Positions 51,650 to 62,130 are shown, numbered from the stretch's first letter. The stretch: 64,000 nucleotides of DNA from an uncultured Nitrospiraceae bacterium (GCA_963706325.1 CAVPLT010000007.1:288001-352000); one strand, 5' to 3'. Numbers and translations are program-made. The notes: generated by a model not told the origin, from the sequence alone.

Positions 51650-54106
51650 TCACGGGCGGGTCACGTGCACTGCATGCGCCACCGACGGGACCCCCCTGTT
51701 GTCAGTTAAGAAGAGCATGTACCAGCCTGGTGGAGCGATGTTCGGCTCAGCCGTGAGCGTCACCCGTAGCACGCTACCTACGAGAGCAGAGATGGGTAAG
51801 TCCACTAGACGCTGGCCATTGTTGAACGAGTGCGTGGTCACGCCGTTTCGAATGAGGCTGGCCCAGCGGATGCTGCCCGCCTGCGGGGAAGAGATTTCGA
51901 TGGTCTGGCCGTAATGCCATTCCTCCGGGACAGTCGTGATCACGGGCCGAGGACCTTTGAACAGGTACGGTGGGCTGTAGACGTCAAGCCGCATCTCCTC
52001 ATTGAGCGGGTCCTTGCCCCATTCCACATGGTTGCCCTCCGCGGGGTTTCCGCCAGCGACCACAACGCGACCGTCAGGCAATAGTAAAGCCACCGAATGG
52101 TATAAGCGGGGAACCTTGGAAGACGCGACGAGAGTCCAGGTGTCGGTGGCCGGGTCGTAGATCTCGGATTGAAGGGTGGGAGTCAGCCGGCTTTCCCTGG
52201 CAAGGCCCCCGCCGGTGACGAGCACTGTGCGGTCGGGAAGGAGCACCGCGTTAACGTGGGTGCGGGGCAGATTCATGGGCGCTGCTGAGCGGAATTGCGG
52301 TTGAGGATCCTTGAGATCAATAATATCAGCCGCAGCGGTTGCGTCTAGGATGCCCTCATCGCCGACGCCCCCCCCGATAATCATCGCTTTCTGGTCTTGA
52401 GCGGGAGGCAGCAGCACGCTGGCGGACTGTTTTCGGGATCCGGCTTCGCTCAAGCCCTTCAACAAGGTTACCCCCACTGGGTTGTGGGCGATGTCCAGAA
52501 GACACGGCCCAATAGGAACATCCGGGCCCTCGACCAGCCCACCGGTAAACAAAAGCCTGCCATCGGCCATGAGGAACAAGTGAGCGTACAGAGGTAGGCC
52601 TGGAAACTGCGCTGGAAGGTGAAGCATTTGCCAAGTGTCCGTCTGCGGTGAATAGACCTCAATCGTGTCATTGAGGTTGCCGTTCTCGTTCAGACCACTG
52701 ACGGCTATGACTCGACCATCTCCGAGTGTGATCAGCGTGGGGTACCATCGGCCATGAGCCATGTGGTTAGCTCGAGCCCATTTCTGAGTGATTGCGTCAT
52801 ACAGTACGGCGTCCGCGCGGCCGGATACGTGGCCGGGATATGCCAAGGTGCCGCCGGCGGATAACAGCCGCCCGTCGGCAAGGAAGCTGTCACCACCGCA
52901 AAAAAGGTCGAATACTTTTCCGTTGTCGCCTTTAATCGCGACCGGGTGAAAGAAGTTCTCGTCGCCGTTTGTGGGCGTGATCGTTGGGTTCCACACCACA
53001 CTCGTGTAGATCTTCTTGTCGAGACTGCCAAAGTCCGGACTCTCCTGCCGCTTTTTCACGTTGCCCGAGCCGGCGAAGAACATCACGTTCCCAGTGTGCA
53101 GCAGGGCCGCATGCACTGCCAGTACCTCCGAGTCGAACGGAAGATCCGTCCAAGAACCGGTAACAGGCGGATCGGTGCCGAGATCGAGTATCCGATACAG
53201 GCCCGCGTTCTGCCCAATCGGATCGTCGACGAACATGGCGATCAGTCTGTGCCTCCCGGCGGCCTGCATGACCGCAATGCCACCGCCTGCGTTTTCCCAA
53301 GAGAACCATCCAGGCAGCACCGTCCAAAAACCCCAGCCATCTTTCACGTGACCATTCACGTCGAGCTTCTTACCAGTCTTGTAGAATCCCTGATTGAGAC
53401 CGACTGGGTTATCGACCTGGTAGACGACGATGTCCGTAGTCCCCGTTCCAAGGTCAGCGACTGCAATGCTTCCCGCCTGGTTCTCGAAAGAAAACCAGTC
53501 CGGCACCGGCTGCCATTCGCTCCAGCCACCCGTGACGCCTCCAACCGTATCCAACTTGCGGCCAACGCGGAAGTAGCCTTGGTTCTTCCCAGGCGGGTTG
53601 TCGACCATAAAAACGATCAACTCAGGCCGGCCATCACCGTCGAGGTCGGCCACCGCCACGCCTCCGTGCTGGTTCTCGAAAGAAAACCAGTCGGGGATCG
53701 GGGTCCAGGCGCTCCAGCCACCCGTGACAACCCCTGCTCCATCGAGCTTGCGGCCGACGCGGTAGTACCCCTGGTTCTGCCCCGCAGGGCTATCGATCAT
53801 GAAGATGATTAACTCAGGCCGTCCGTCTCCGTCGAGGTCGGCGACCGCCACGCCGGCGCCCTGGTTCTCGAAAGAGAACCAGTCCGGGATCTCCATCCAT
53901 GCGGACCAGCCATCCAGGGCCGTACCATCCGTCGCGATGCCCTTGCCAACTCGGTAGAATCCCCGGTTTTGTCCGGGAGGGTTATCGACCATCAGAGCCA
54001 CGAGATCGCGGGAGCCACCGCCACTGATGTCCGCCAGTGCGACCCCAGCGCCTTGGTTCTCGAAGGAGAACCAGTCGGGAATCATGTTGAATCCATTTGG
54101 CATCAT
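51650..54106 (-). CDS. Copper-radical oxidase (galactose/glyoxal oxidase-like, kelch + DUF1929) with N-terminal DxDxDG repeats
   Basis: FCGG (Cys), GRWYPT (Tyr), RLYHS (Tyr, His), TTHS (His), APPGWYMLF; five N-terminal repeats. Confidence 0.9.
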   Translation of the reverse strand: MMPNGFNMIPDWFSFENQGAGVALADISGGGSRDLVALMVDNPPGQNRGFYRVGKGIATDGTALDGWSAWMEIPDWFSFENQGAGVAVADLDGDGRPELIIFMIDSPAGQNQGYYRVGRKLDGAGVVTGGWSAWTPIPDWFSFENQHGGVAVADLDGDGRPELIVFMVDNPPGKNQGYFRVGRKLDTVGGVTGGWSEWQPVPDWFSFENQAGSIAVADLGTGTTDIVVYQVDNPVGLNQGFYKTGKKLDVNGHVKDGWGFWTVLPGWFSWENAGGGIAVMQAAGRHRLIAMFVDDPIGQNAGLYRILDLGTDPPVTGSWTDLPFDSEVLAVHAALLHTGNVMFFAGSGNVKKRQESPDFGSLDKKIYTSVVWNPTITPTNGDENFFHPVAIKGDNGKVFDLFCGGDSFLADGRLLSAGGTLAYPGHVSGRADAVLYDAITQKWARANHMAHGRWYPTLITLGDGRVIAVSGLNENGNLNDTIEVYSPQTDTWQMLHLPAQFPGLPLYAHLFLMADGRLLFTGGLVEGPDVPIGPCLLDIAHNPVGVTLLKGLSEAGSRKQSASVLLPPAQDQKAMIIGGGVGDEGILDATAAADIIDLKDPQPQFRSAAPMNLPRTHVNAVLLPDRTVLVTGGGLARESRLTPTLQSEIYDPATDTWTLVASSKVPRLYHSVALLLPDGRVVVAGGNPAEGNHVEWGKDPLNEEMRLDVYSPPYLFKGPRPVITTVPEEWHYGQTIEISSPQAGSIRWASLIRNGVTTHSFNNGQRLVDLPISALVGSVLRVTLTAEPNIAPPGWYMLFLTDNRGVPSVAHAVHVTRP
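53190..54085 (-). repeat. Five ~192-bp (64-aa) intragenic repeats
   Basis: PDWFSFENQ units spaced about 192 bp apart (near 54082, 53890, 53698, 53506, 53317). Confidence 0.9.
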
Positions 54107-54508
54107 CAATCTCCTCTATGGAGTGGTGAATCCTATTCGGATAGGCTTCAAGGATTCCTCAAAGCTACGCTATGAGGTTCATAGAAATAGTCGTGACGTC
54201 TCCTCGACACACCACTGATATGTGGGCATGAGCGCTGGCCCTACCGCGCGTCAGGTTTCTAGAAGAGTCGTACGTTGGGACCGACGGCCTGCGATTCCAG
54301 TCCTGCTCGTTACTGAATATCGACAGGCCTCCGATCCTTACGTCATTGACGTAACAGAGCGCGACTTAAGTACTGCTGGAAATGGTTCGTAACCAAGTGT
54401 CGGCCTAGTAAGTACTTTCTGCCGTCTTAGGAAGACTGGGAGCATGACATTCTCCGCAGACGCGGTACTTGGGAGTTACTACATTTTTATCGACAAGCGG
54501 TTGGTCTC

Positions 54509-56104
54509 TCACCTGCCAAGCGCAAAGTTCACAAATTCTTTCAGGCCAAATAGTTCGCCATCACCGATCGTGGGCTTCCAATTCGGGTCTTGATTAAAGA
54601 ACGATTGACTATCATAGGTCAGAAGTCCGGCAAAGGTCTCGGCGACAATGCGACCGCCAACTGGACCCAAGAGTTTCGATTTCACACCCGCTAGCCCTGT
54701 GACGGTTTGGTTTTCGGTTTCGGCCAGACAATAGGCCCATAATGGACAGTTGCCCTTGAACGCAGGGCTTATGTTCTCGATGGGCTGGACTTCAGGATCG
54801 TCCTGAAATTTGCCAACGTGTATTGGTTCTATGACAGGCTGGCCCATTGCTTTGGCGACAGATTGTCCCGAAGGAAGTCTGAGTCTCCATCCGCGGACCA
54901 GGTTTCTTTCAGCCAAAGAAGGGATGATTAGATCGGCCACATCGGGCGGGAGAGCACCCAGCGGGAACACGATTGAAGTATCGATGCGATAGGCCATTTG
55001 CAGCCGCCGCTTGTTTTCTTCTAGCTGTTGAGCAGAAGGATCCTTGCCGTTGGGCAACTTGGCACTGCCGTCCAGCGTGACTCCATTAGGCCGCGGTTCG
55101 ATATCGATGAAGCGAGCCCAATCCAATGCCCAATCGCTGGCCGGAGCCATGAAACCTCGCAGACTCTTGGGCCGATCGGGCGGACCTTCTTGCCCGAAAA
55201 TGGGCAAGAGCGTATTTCCGTCATTGAGACGATAGCCTGGCCGTACCATGGAGTGGCCGAAGCGATAAGCGGCCACGGAGAACTCGAATGGCATAAAGGC
55301 TTCGTCTCGAGCGTGATAAAACCTCAGTGCAGGCGGGTTTACCGCGATCGATGAATTGGCCCCCAGGTGAGGGAACACCTCGTGCAGAGTCTTCTTATTG
55401 ATAAGTTTCACCAGGAAATCGTTGATGAGCATCCACTGGTAGTGATAGCGGAGCGTGCGTTGCGCATCGGTAAAGTTAAGTTTCTTGTCGTCGACGAGGC
55501 GGTTATGAAACTGCAGAAACAAACCTTGCAGCTGACTGACGAGCACGTTTTCGTCGTTTCGTGGGTCGCCGATGATTGCGCGCGCCGACTGCTTAGGTGC
55601 TGCATTGCGGGCCAAGTCTTTGGCTTTGGGATTCAGGGGACCACCACCGGTGAGAGGATTGCCGAGAAGGAACTTAGCCTTTCCCGAGCCACTAGAGAAG
55701 TCATAAAGATATGGTTGGTCGTCGGGGCCGCGACCGTAAACATTGTCGAGATCGAATTTCGGCGTTCGGTAATCGACTAAACCGTCCGGGTCATTTTGTT
55801 GCTGGAGACTACTCGAAGGGTCGAAGGTGATGTCGTGATCGACAAACTGGCCCAGATATGTGTAGAGAGCAGGAATACCGCTTTCCTCTGCATCAGGGCC
55901 ATCCTTCGGCTTGTCGTCTGTGGCGACCATAGCTTTGCCGAGCAGTTTGAGATTTGCCTGGGTCTCTGAGTCGGTACCGCCAAATTCCGCGGGGGGCAAT
56001 GCTCGGAACAATCGTCCAAAGGCACCACCGAAGAGCAGGGAACTGCGTGATAGGTTTAAGCCACGTACGCCTCGACCGTGAGGGGTAGAATTTCTTAAGT
56101 TCAT
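54509..56104 (-). CDS. Heme peroxidase (peroxidase-cyclooxygenase / animal-type family)
   Basis: GQFVDHDIT (distal), GDPRNDEN, FHN, EFSVAAYRFGHSM (proximal His), RG..LPSGQ, LGPVGGRIVAE; AAGGAGG RBS. Confidence 0.92.
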   Translation of the reverse strand: MNLRNSTPHGRGVRGLNLSRSSLLFGGAFGRLFRALPPAEFGGTDSETQANLKLLGKAMVATDDKPKDGPDAEESGIPALYTYLGQFVDHDITFDPSSSLQQQNDPDGLVDYRTPKFDLDNVYGRGPDDQPYLYDFSSGSGKAKFLLGNPLTGGGPLNPKAKDLARNAAPKQSARAIIGDPRNDENVLVSQLQGLFLQFHNRLVDDKKLNFTDAQRTLRYHYQWMLINDFLVKLINKKTLHEVFPHLGANSSIAVNPPALRFYHARDEAFMPFEFSVAAYRFGHSMVRPGYRLNDGNTLLPIFGQEGPPDRPKSLRGFMAPASDWALDWARFIDIEPRPNGVTLDGSAKLPNGKDPSAQQLEENKRRLQMAYRIDTSIVFPLGALPPDVADLIIPSLAERNLVRGWRLRLPSGQSVAKAMGQPVIEPIHVGKFQDDPEVQPIENISPAFKGNCPLWAYCLAETENQTVTGLAGVKSKLLGPVGGRIVAETFAGLLTYDSQSFFNQDPNWKPTIGDGELFGLKEFVNFALGR

Positions 56105-57278
56105 GAGTGCCTCCTTATGCATGAGTGCCCCGTGAAATTATTATTCAGTCCCGAAATCGTGATACAACGAGCCCTCCAGAAGCTAGAGTGTTGTACTCGT
56201 AGTTGAAGACGAGAAACCGAAAGACATGAGTATGTTCCTCTGTCGTTTCCAAGACACTTTTCCGAAATAAGACCTGCATAACGGAGGACCAGCATAGAGA
56301 GAATGGTTGAAAATGGATACTTGAATTCAGCAGGTAGAGAGATCTCGCTAGAAACTAGAGCAAAGGGCATGCGCAACATTTATTCGCTTAAACGGTGAAA
56401 CAGAGAGGGTGGAAATGAAAACAGTATCCGATCTGATACTGCCGTTATCGTTCTTGATACAGTGATCACCTGTTGAAAATTGTGAGACATCGACCCACCT
56501 CTCGGCCATCCATTTCTCTGCAACCTTGTGTCTTCTGTGTTCTTGATGAGAACACACGTTCCTCCATCCGTTTATGTCCGCATCTGACACACGTGACTTT
56601 TGGGGTTGAAGATGAGGCTTGAGAAGCGCTAGATGAAAGAGCGATCTCTCAGGGTGCGACCTGCCGGCTAAACCGTACTGCCGATTTTGCGCAACATCCT
56701 CAATGTAGGAATTCCCCTTTGGGAGTCACACTGCATAGCCGGTGGTGGCCACGCACACGAAAGGAGTCATTGCGCGATGACAAATGTGCCTTTGACGGAT
56801 GGTGGACGAGAAGTGTAATAGCGGCGGTGTTGTGGGCGTCGATCTTCACGGCTGGATGTGTGCGTTAGCCGAGCGGAATCGCGCCGTCCACGAAACCGCG
56901 CGCATCCGGTGGATATACTGAACTGGGCCAGGTGCGCGGGCAAGATTGCGTCTATCATGTCCTCGGCCTCATCCCGATTACCGGCGGAAATGAGACTCGA
57001 ACGCAATCGCCGATGCGTTGCATACGAGGATTCTCGCGGATGCACCTGTGGAAGTCACAGTGATGGATAATAACAATATTTTGTTTTCTCTTGCGGGCCT
57101 GCACGCAGGTGTACAGTATAGCCGTAAAAAGCAAGTAAACCGGTAGAGTGGACAGGCTTATCCGAAGCTACGCGATCAGCTGGAGAGCACAACAGCGGCT
57201 GGAAATAGATGCTTACAATAACTTTCGGGGGCGGGAATATGCCCCGCCCCCGCAATGCGCTAGTTCCTCGTCGCCCGA

Positions 57279-57599
57279 TTATTTTTCTTTGCGCTGCAAT
57301 GTGGTCACATGACCTTGCTCGGTGACGTAGGCCTTGACCAAATCACCCTCTACAACTTTGTCGAGCTTCGTGCTCTTGTCGACGTGCACCCTATGCTGCA
57401 CTCCATCGTCGTCTTTTATCGTATAGTATTCGCCGTCTTGTTTTACCAGGGTCCCGGTGACCGCGTCTTTCGTCAGGCGTTCTTTGATCGAAGGACTCGC
57501 TTCTTTATCCTTCATCGGATCAGCGGCAAGCACCGGGCTGATGCTCAACCCCGATGCAATCAGTACCGCAAACAAACCCGTAATCATCTTCGTCTTCAT
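57279..57599 (-). CDS. Exported hypothetical protein
   Basis: Signal peptide ending VLA-A, small beta-rich domain, GGGAGG RBS. Confidence 0.75.
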   Translation of the reverse strand: MKTKMITGLFAVLIASGLSISPVLAADPMKDKEASPSIKERLTKDAVTGTLVKQDGEYYTIKDDDGVQHRVHVDKSTKLDKVVEGDLVKAYVTEQGHVTTLQRKEK

Positions 57600-57907
57600 A
57601 AAGTCCTCCCTGTGATGTAGTCATGATCCGTTGTATATCGGCATCCAAGCCGAGCATACGTGACCCAGTCGCTCGTCGATACTGGGGATAGCCCTCACTT
57701 GCAACGAGAAGAAGGACGAGGCGCAGGAACCTTGTAGGGTCTTGCTACAGCAATCCTAGGGAAACTCCCAGGTGGTCTCTGCGCGTATCTATGAGAAATG
57801 TCTATGGTGCGATCTAAGTGCACGATGTAATGCCTGGAATCCAGCGCTCCCATTTCACTCCATCAGCGCCCGCTAGAGAGTTTCTAAAAAGAACGGAGAA
57901 GTATTCA

Positions 57908-58654
57908 ATGACGAAGGCTCGGCTGACGAAAGAACAATCCGCGATACCACGGTCCAGGACGGCTCTTCTGCAGAAGGCGGTTAAAACATTGGCCATCGAC
58001 ATCGGAGCAACCCGTATCAAGGCATCGACGCTGAATGAGCTGGGAGAAATCGTCACCAAGCGCGTGTTTACAGACACCCCACGCTCCGGTATGCCGGGCG
58101 CCGTGATGGATATCATTGCCAAACTAGCAGAGGAACAGCCCGAGTACGATCGTATCTCGGTGGGTTTTCCCGGCATTGTTCAAAACGGTGTGGTGCAAGC
58201 GGCGCCGAATTTGGCACCGGAGTGGAAGCACTTCAACATCGGCAAAATTCTGGCAGCGAGATTAAGGAAACCTGTTCGGGCTGCCAACGATGCGGACGTC
58301 CAAGGTTTTGGCGCCATTTCAGGGGTTGGTGTGGAACTGGTTCTCACACTCGGCACCGGAGTGGGGTCGGCGCTCTTTCTCAATGGCCACTTGATTCCGA
58401 ATGTGGAAGTGGGCAAGGACAAATTGAGTAATGCGGAATTGAAGAGAGTCGGCAAGAAGAAATGGAATAGGCGCCTGGTAAAACTCATCCAAAAGCTGGA
58501 AGCGATGTTTTATTACGACCGCCTCTATATTGGAGGTGGTAATTCAAAGTCTGTCTCTATCCCCGACATTCCGGCGAACGTCACGATCGTCTCCAATCTC
58601 AATGGGATGGTGGGAGGAGTTGCTCTCTGGCGCGAATTACCGCGTCCTGAATGA
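57908..58654 (+). CDS. ROK-family polyphosphate glucokinase-like protein (copy 2, intact)
   Basis: [43 protein letters not shown]. Confidence 0.85.
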   Translation: MTKARLTKEQSAIPRSRTALLQKAVKTLAIDIGATRIKASTLNELGEIVTKRVFTDTPRSGMPGAVMDIIAKLAEEQPEYDRISVGFPGIVQNGVVQAAPNLAPEWKHFNIGKILAARLRKPVRAANDADVQGFGAISGVGVELVLTLGTGVGSALFLNGHLIPNVEVGKDKLSNAELKRVGKKKWNRRLVKLIQKLEAMFYYDRLYIGGGNSKSVSIPDIPANVTIVSNLNGMVGGVALWRELPRPE

Positions 58655-58685
58655 CGAACGTACAGCTGTTAGAACGGAGGTGTCT

Positions 58686-58865
58686 ATGTTCCTTAAATGG
58701 GCCGCCATATTCTTTGTGATCGCTATGGTCGCGGCGGCATTTGGATTTACGGGGATCGCCGAGGGAGCCACGGAAGTTGCCAAGATTCTTTTCTATATCT
58801 TCCTCGCCATCTGTTTCACGTTCCTAGTGGCAGGTCTCGTCGTGGCGCGGAAGCTGACTTCCTGA
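58686..58865 (+). CDS. DUF1328 (YtjA-like) small membrane protein
   Basis: [31 protein letters not shown]. Confidence 0.9.
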   Translation: MFLKWAAIFFVIAMVAAAFGFTGIAEGATEVAKILFYIFLAICFTFLVAGLVVARKLTS

Positions 58866-59624
58866 GTACGGACAGAAAGTCGCACGATGAATGTTGTCGG
58901 CGAGAGGCACATATCCTGAAAAGCGGTGGGCCTGTGCTCATAGTCGAATGATGGAGGGAATATAGAGCTGCCCTGCCGGAATTTTTTGTGCGCCCTTTAT
59001 GCGCCCAATGGGGGTGAGATATTTCGGTCCAATACTCCTCGGGGCCAATTTGATAGACAATCAGATCCACCGGTTTCTGGATGTGCGAGCCCGCCCCATC
59101 AGCATAGACGCGAAGCATATCCTCCTCACGCTCGCAAGGCGTCGACTTCCCCCTCTGGCGGGTCGCCGTCGCGACGGAACTTCAGCGCATTGATACGTAA
59201 ATTGTAGATGCAGTGGGTAGCCTAGGTTCGGTTGACTCGCAACCGGGGAAGGCCTTGGAACAGGGGTAGATCGCGCTCGTTTCTCGAACCGTGTCCTTCA
59301 GTCTCTGCAGGGCATCACGCACGATGCTTTGAGCGTCCACATGCTCGGCAGGAAGTTCGATGTGCTGCACAGGTGACCGCGCATGGATTGCCGCCATTCG
59401 TTGCTGCATCCGTGAGGTGCATGGGTCGTCCGCCTCGATGGTTCATATGCACCGCTGGTGGTGCGCTTCCACCAAGGGGAATCCCTCACCCGTACACGCG
59501 TATCTTCCATCAAAGTCCAACCTACTGATTTACTATTGCTTCTGCCATCAGGCCGAGCGGCGTCGTCTTTGCACTATGGAGAGCTCGGCGCATGCACACA
59601 GACGTCGGCACGGAGGAGGGGCCC

Positions 59625-60065
59625 ATGGGAATGATCTGGCCGTTTGGATTGAGTACAGGGGACAAGGTCTGTCTGGGGCGCGTGCTAGTGGTGGACGATG
59701 AGGAACCGATTCGAGGGTTGCTGCGTACCATGCTGACGCAGGCAGGCTACGATGTGGAGGAAGCCGAGGATGGGGGGAAGGCAGTCGACATCTTAAACAG
59801 CGGCGACAATCCACTGATGGTGGATGCCATTATTTGCGATATTCGAATGCCTCGCATCAATGGTCTGGAAGCGATTACGTACTTTCGTGACCAGTACCCG
59901 TCTTTGCCGGTGATCGTCTTGACCGGGTATCACGATGAGCAGTTGGCCTTGTCGCTGCTTAAACAGGGCGTCGTGGAACATATTGAGAAGCCGGCCGAGC
60001 GGGAACGCATTCTCGCGTCCGTCGCGCGAGCCATCGCCCAACGCCGGTTCAGCTTCTATCCATGA
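59625..60065 (+). CDS. Single-domain response regulator
   Basis: VLVVDDE, ICDIRMP..NG, LTG, KP; GGAGG RBS. Confidence 0.9.
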   Translation: MGMIWPFGLSTGDKVCLGRVLVVDDEEPIRGLLRTMLTQAGYDVEEAEDGGKAVDILNSGDNPLMVDAIICDIRMPRINGLEAITYFRDQYPSLPVIVLTGYHDEQLALSLLKQGVVEHIEKPAERERILASVARAIAQRRFSFYP

Positions 60066-60235
60066 TGCGTCCATGTGAGAGCTTCGTTATCGGCGGATAT
60101 GCCAGACTGAGACTGTGACCCGCCGTCAGCGTTCATGCCGCAACGTGTTCTTCAAGGGCTCGCGTTTGATTTTCCATCAACAGCTTCATAGAATCCTCCG
60201 GTTAGCAGCGCATCACTTGAGGAGGAGCCATAGTT

Positions 60236-60904
60236 ATGTGTGACACCCTTGCCCGTTTGATTCACGTCGCGTCGTTTCGCGCGATCGTTGCCCTCAGCTT
60301 GGCCCTGCTGCTGACCAGTATGCTCCCAGCTTCGCTTCAGGCGGCACGAGGCGGAGGGGGCAAGACCGAGGTGCTGCCGGTGCAAAAAGCCGCTCCCGCT
60401 GCGGTGTTTATCGAGACCCCTGGCACCGAGGCGGATTTGCGACGTCAACTGCGGGCTAAAAATGCAGTGGCCGAACTCGGCACAGCAACCCCCAAAGTCT
60501 TGTTCTCTCAAGCCCCAACCGGTGCGTATGGATTCATCCCGCCTAAGTTACTCGGTTTGGCCTTGGTGACACAGAGTCCAGACCTTGGAATAGAACGCAT
60601 CGCCTCTGCCGCGAACGCCTATGAGATTCATAAGCTTGCCGATGGGAGCGGAATGCTGGTGGGATTTGTAGCACTCGATCTCATGCCTAAAGTGACGCCC
60701 AGCCAACGTCCCAAGAACATCCGTCTGGCGCTTCATTCGAACCCGTCAGACAAGGCCACCCATATTGTTGCGGTGCCGCTGGTCAAATTGGTGGCTGACC
60801 GGATGCCGATTCGGCTCGATCCGAATAATCCTGAGGGCCCCGTCATATTAGACATGGATCTCCAAGGGAGCACGACTCGCGCATCGACGCAGGGGGGCCA
60901 ATAA
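60236..60904 (+). CDS. Exported hypothetical protein
   Basis: Signal-like N-terminus; GAGGAG RBS. Confidence 0.7.
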   Translation: MCDTLARLIHVASFRAIVALSLALLLTSMLPASLQAARGGGGKTEVLPVQKAAPAAVFIETPGTEADLRRQLRAKNAVAELGTATPKVLFSQAPTGAYGFIPPKLLGLALVTQSPDLGIERIASAANAYEIHKLADGSGMLVGFVALDLMPKVTPSQRPKNIRLALHSNPSDKATHIVAVPLVKLVADRMPIRLDPNNPEGPVILDMDLQGSTTRASTQGGQ

Positions 60905-60944
60905 TCGCCTTGGCAATGGTCGAGTCCAACCCGGTGCGAAGCGA

Positions 60945-61283
60945 CTACTCTACGACCTTGATCGTCACGCTATCGGTGGCCGTGCCTGCGTCTTTGTGGT
61001 CAGGATCGGCAATCTTGACCGTGATGGTGTGCTCGCCCTTTGGAACGTGGGCAAATTTCCCCTGAAACCCCTTTTGGTAGACGCCATCCAAATATACGTG
61101 CGCTTGATTGCCCTTGGGGCCATTCAAGATTTCGTATGAGATATCGAACGTGTCTCCCACGGTGTCGCCGTTGTGAGGAGAGAGAATGCTGATGCTGGTC
61201 ATCCCATCCATGGCACGTCCTACACCCCCTCCCATGCTTGCATCCATGATCAGGATACAGGCACTTAGGAACACACGAGTCAT
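60945..61283 (-). CDS. Small exported Ig-like (DUF4399-like) protein
   Basis: ISILSP.NGDTV, HVYLDG, GEHTITV..DH. Confidence 0.65.
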   Translation of the reverse strand: MTRVFLSACILIMDASMGGGVGRAMDGMTSISILSPHNGDTVGDTFDISYEILNGPKGNQAHVYLDGVYQKGFQGKFAHVPKGEHTITVKIADPDHKDAGTATDSVTIKVVE

Positions 61284-61292
61284 GGAAGCCTC

Positions 61293-62021
61293 CTATGACG
61301 AATGATGAGTGGAAGGGATATCCTGAAACAGCCGTCGTTGTGGATTCGGTTCCGTCTTCATCAGTACCCGTTGTCGCAAGGTCTGTTGCCAACTTGCGGA
61401 AAGGAGTCCGCACTGGCTCAAACATTCAGCAGCGGCTCGGTCGTTCCGATCATGGTGCATGATTCTATTGGCGGCTGCGACCGTCCATTCCGGGCAAGGT
61501 CGATCGAGGAGTTGTAGCGATTGATACGCCTCGACCCGTCCCTCCTGCAGCACCCGGAAGTACCAGCCCGTGAAGCCGGTCCGCTCCGCCTGAACCGCCA
61601 AATCCTTGATATGCCAACGGCGTGCCAGCTTCCAACAGGGCTGCCGCGGCTGTGATACTTGTACGAGTGCCGTGCCGATTTCGAAGACATCGCCGATGCA
61701 GACATCCGCCTCAGTCAGCTGCTCCACCGTAAAATTTTCGCCGAATGCGCCACCCCGAAGCTGGTTCGGTGGCAAGATCGCTTGCCAATAAGGCCAATGG
61801 TCAGCCGAATAGACGCAGACTGCTTTGTCGATCCCTCCATGGTGGACAAGGTCTGCCTGACCGTCTCCTTGCAGGTTCGTCCGCCCGAGCCACAGGGGCC
61901 CGCTCACCGGCAATTTGAAGATTCCAGTCCTCCATGGGGGAGTTGTCGGATCGGCGGCATCGTCACCGTTCCCTGACTGAGGAAAGCCGACTTGAATGGA
62001 CTGTATACGACCGGTCGTCAT
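61293..62021 (-). CDS. MOSC-domain protein (YiiM-like, with 3-alpha domain)
   Basis: GDGQADL.HHGG.DKAV, FGENFT, VSQPRQPCWKL, TGWYFRVL.EG. Confidence 0.92.
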   Translation of the reverse strand: MTTGRIQSIQVGFPQSGNGDDAADPTTPPWRTGIFKLPVSGPLWLGRTNLQGDGQADLVHHGGIDKAVCVYSADHWPYWQAILPPNQLRGGAFGENFTVEQLTEADVCIGDVFEIGTALVQVSQPRQPCWKLARRWHIKDLAVQAERTGFTGWYFRVLQEGRVEAYQSLQLLDRPCPEWTVAAANRIMHHDRNDRAAAECLSQCGLLSASWQQTLRQRVLMKTEPNPQRRLFQDIPSTHHSS

Positions 62022-62130
62022 ACGCGATCCCTCGTCTCGACTCTTTTGTCGCCGCTCCTGTCCGCGTTGCTCACGAATCAACCTAGTGCCTGCCGGAGGG
62101 CGCGTCCAAGCGTTTGTTCTGATTAGATTG

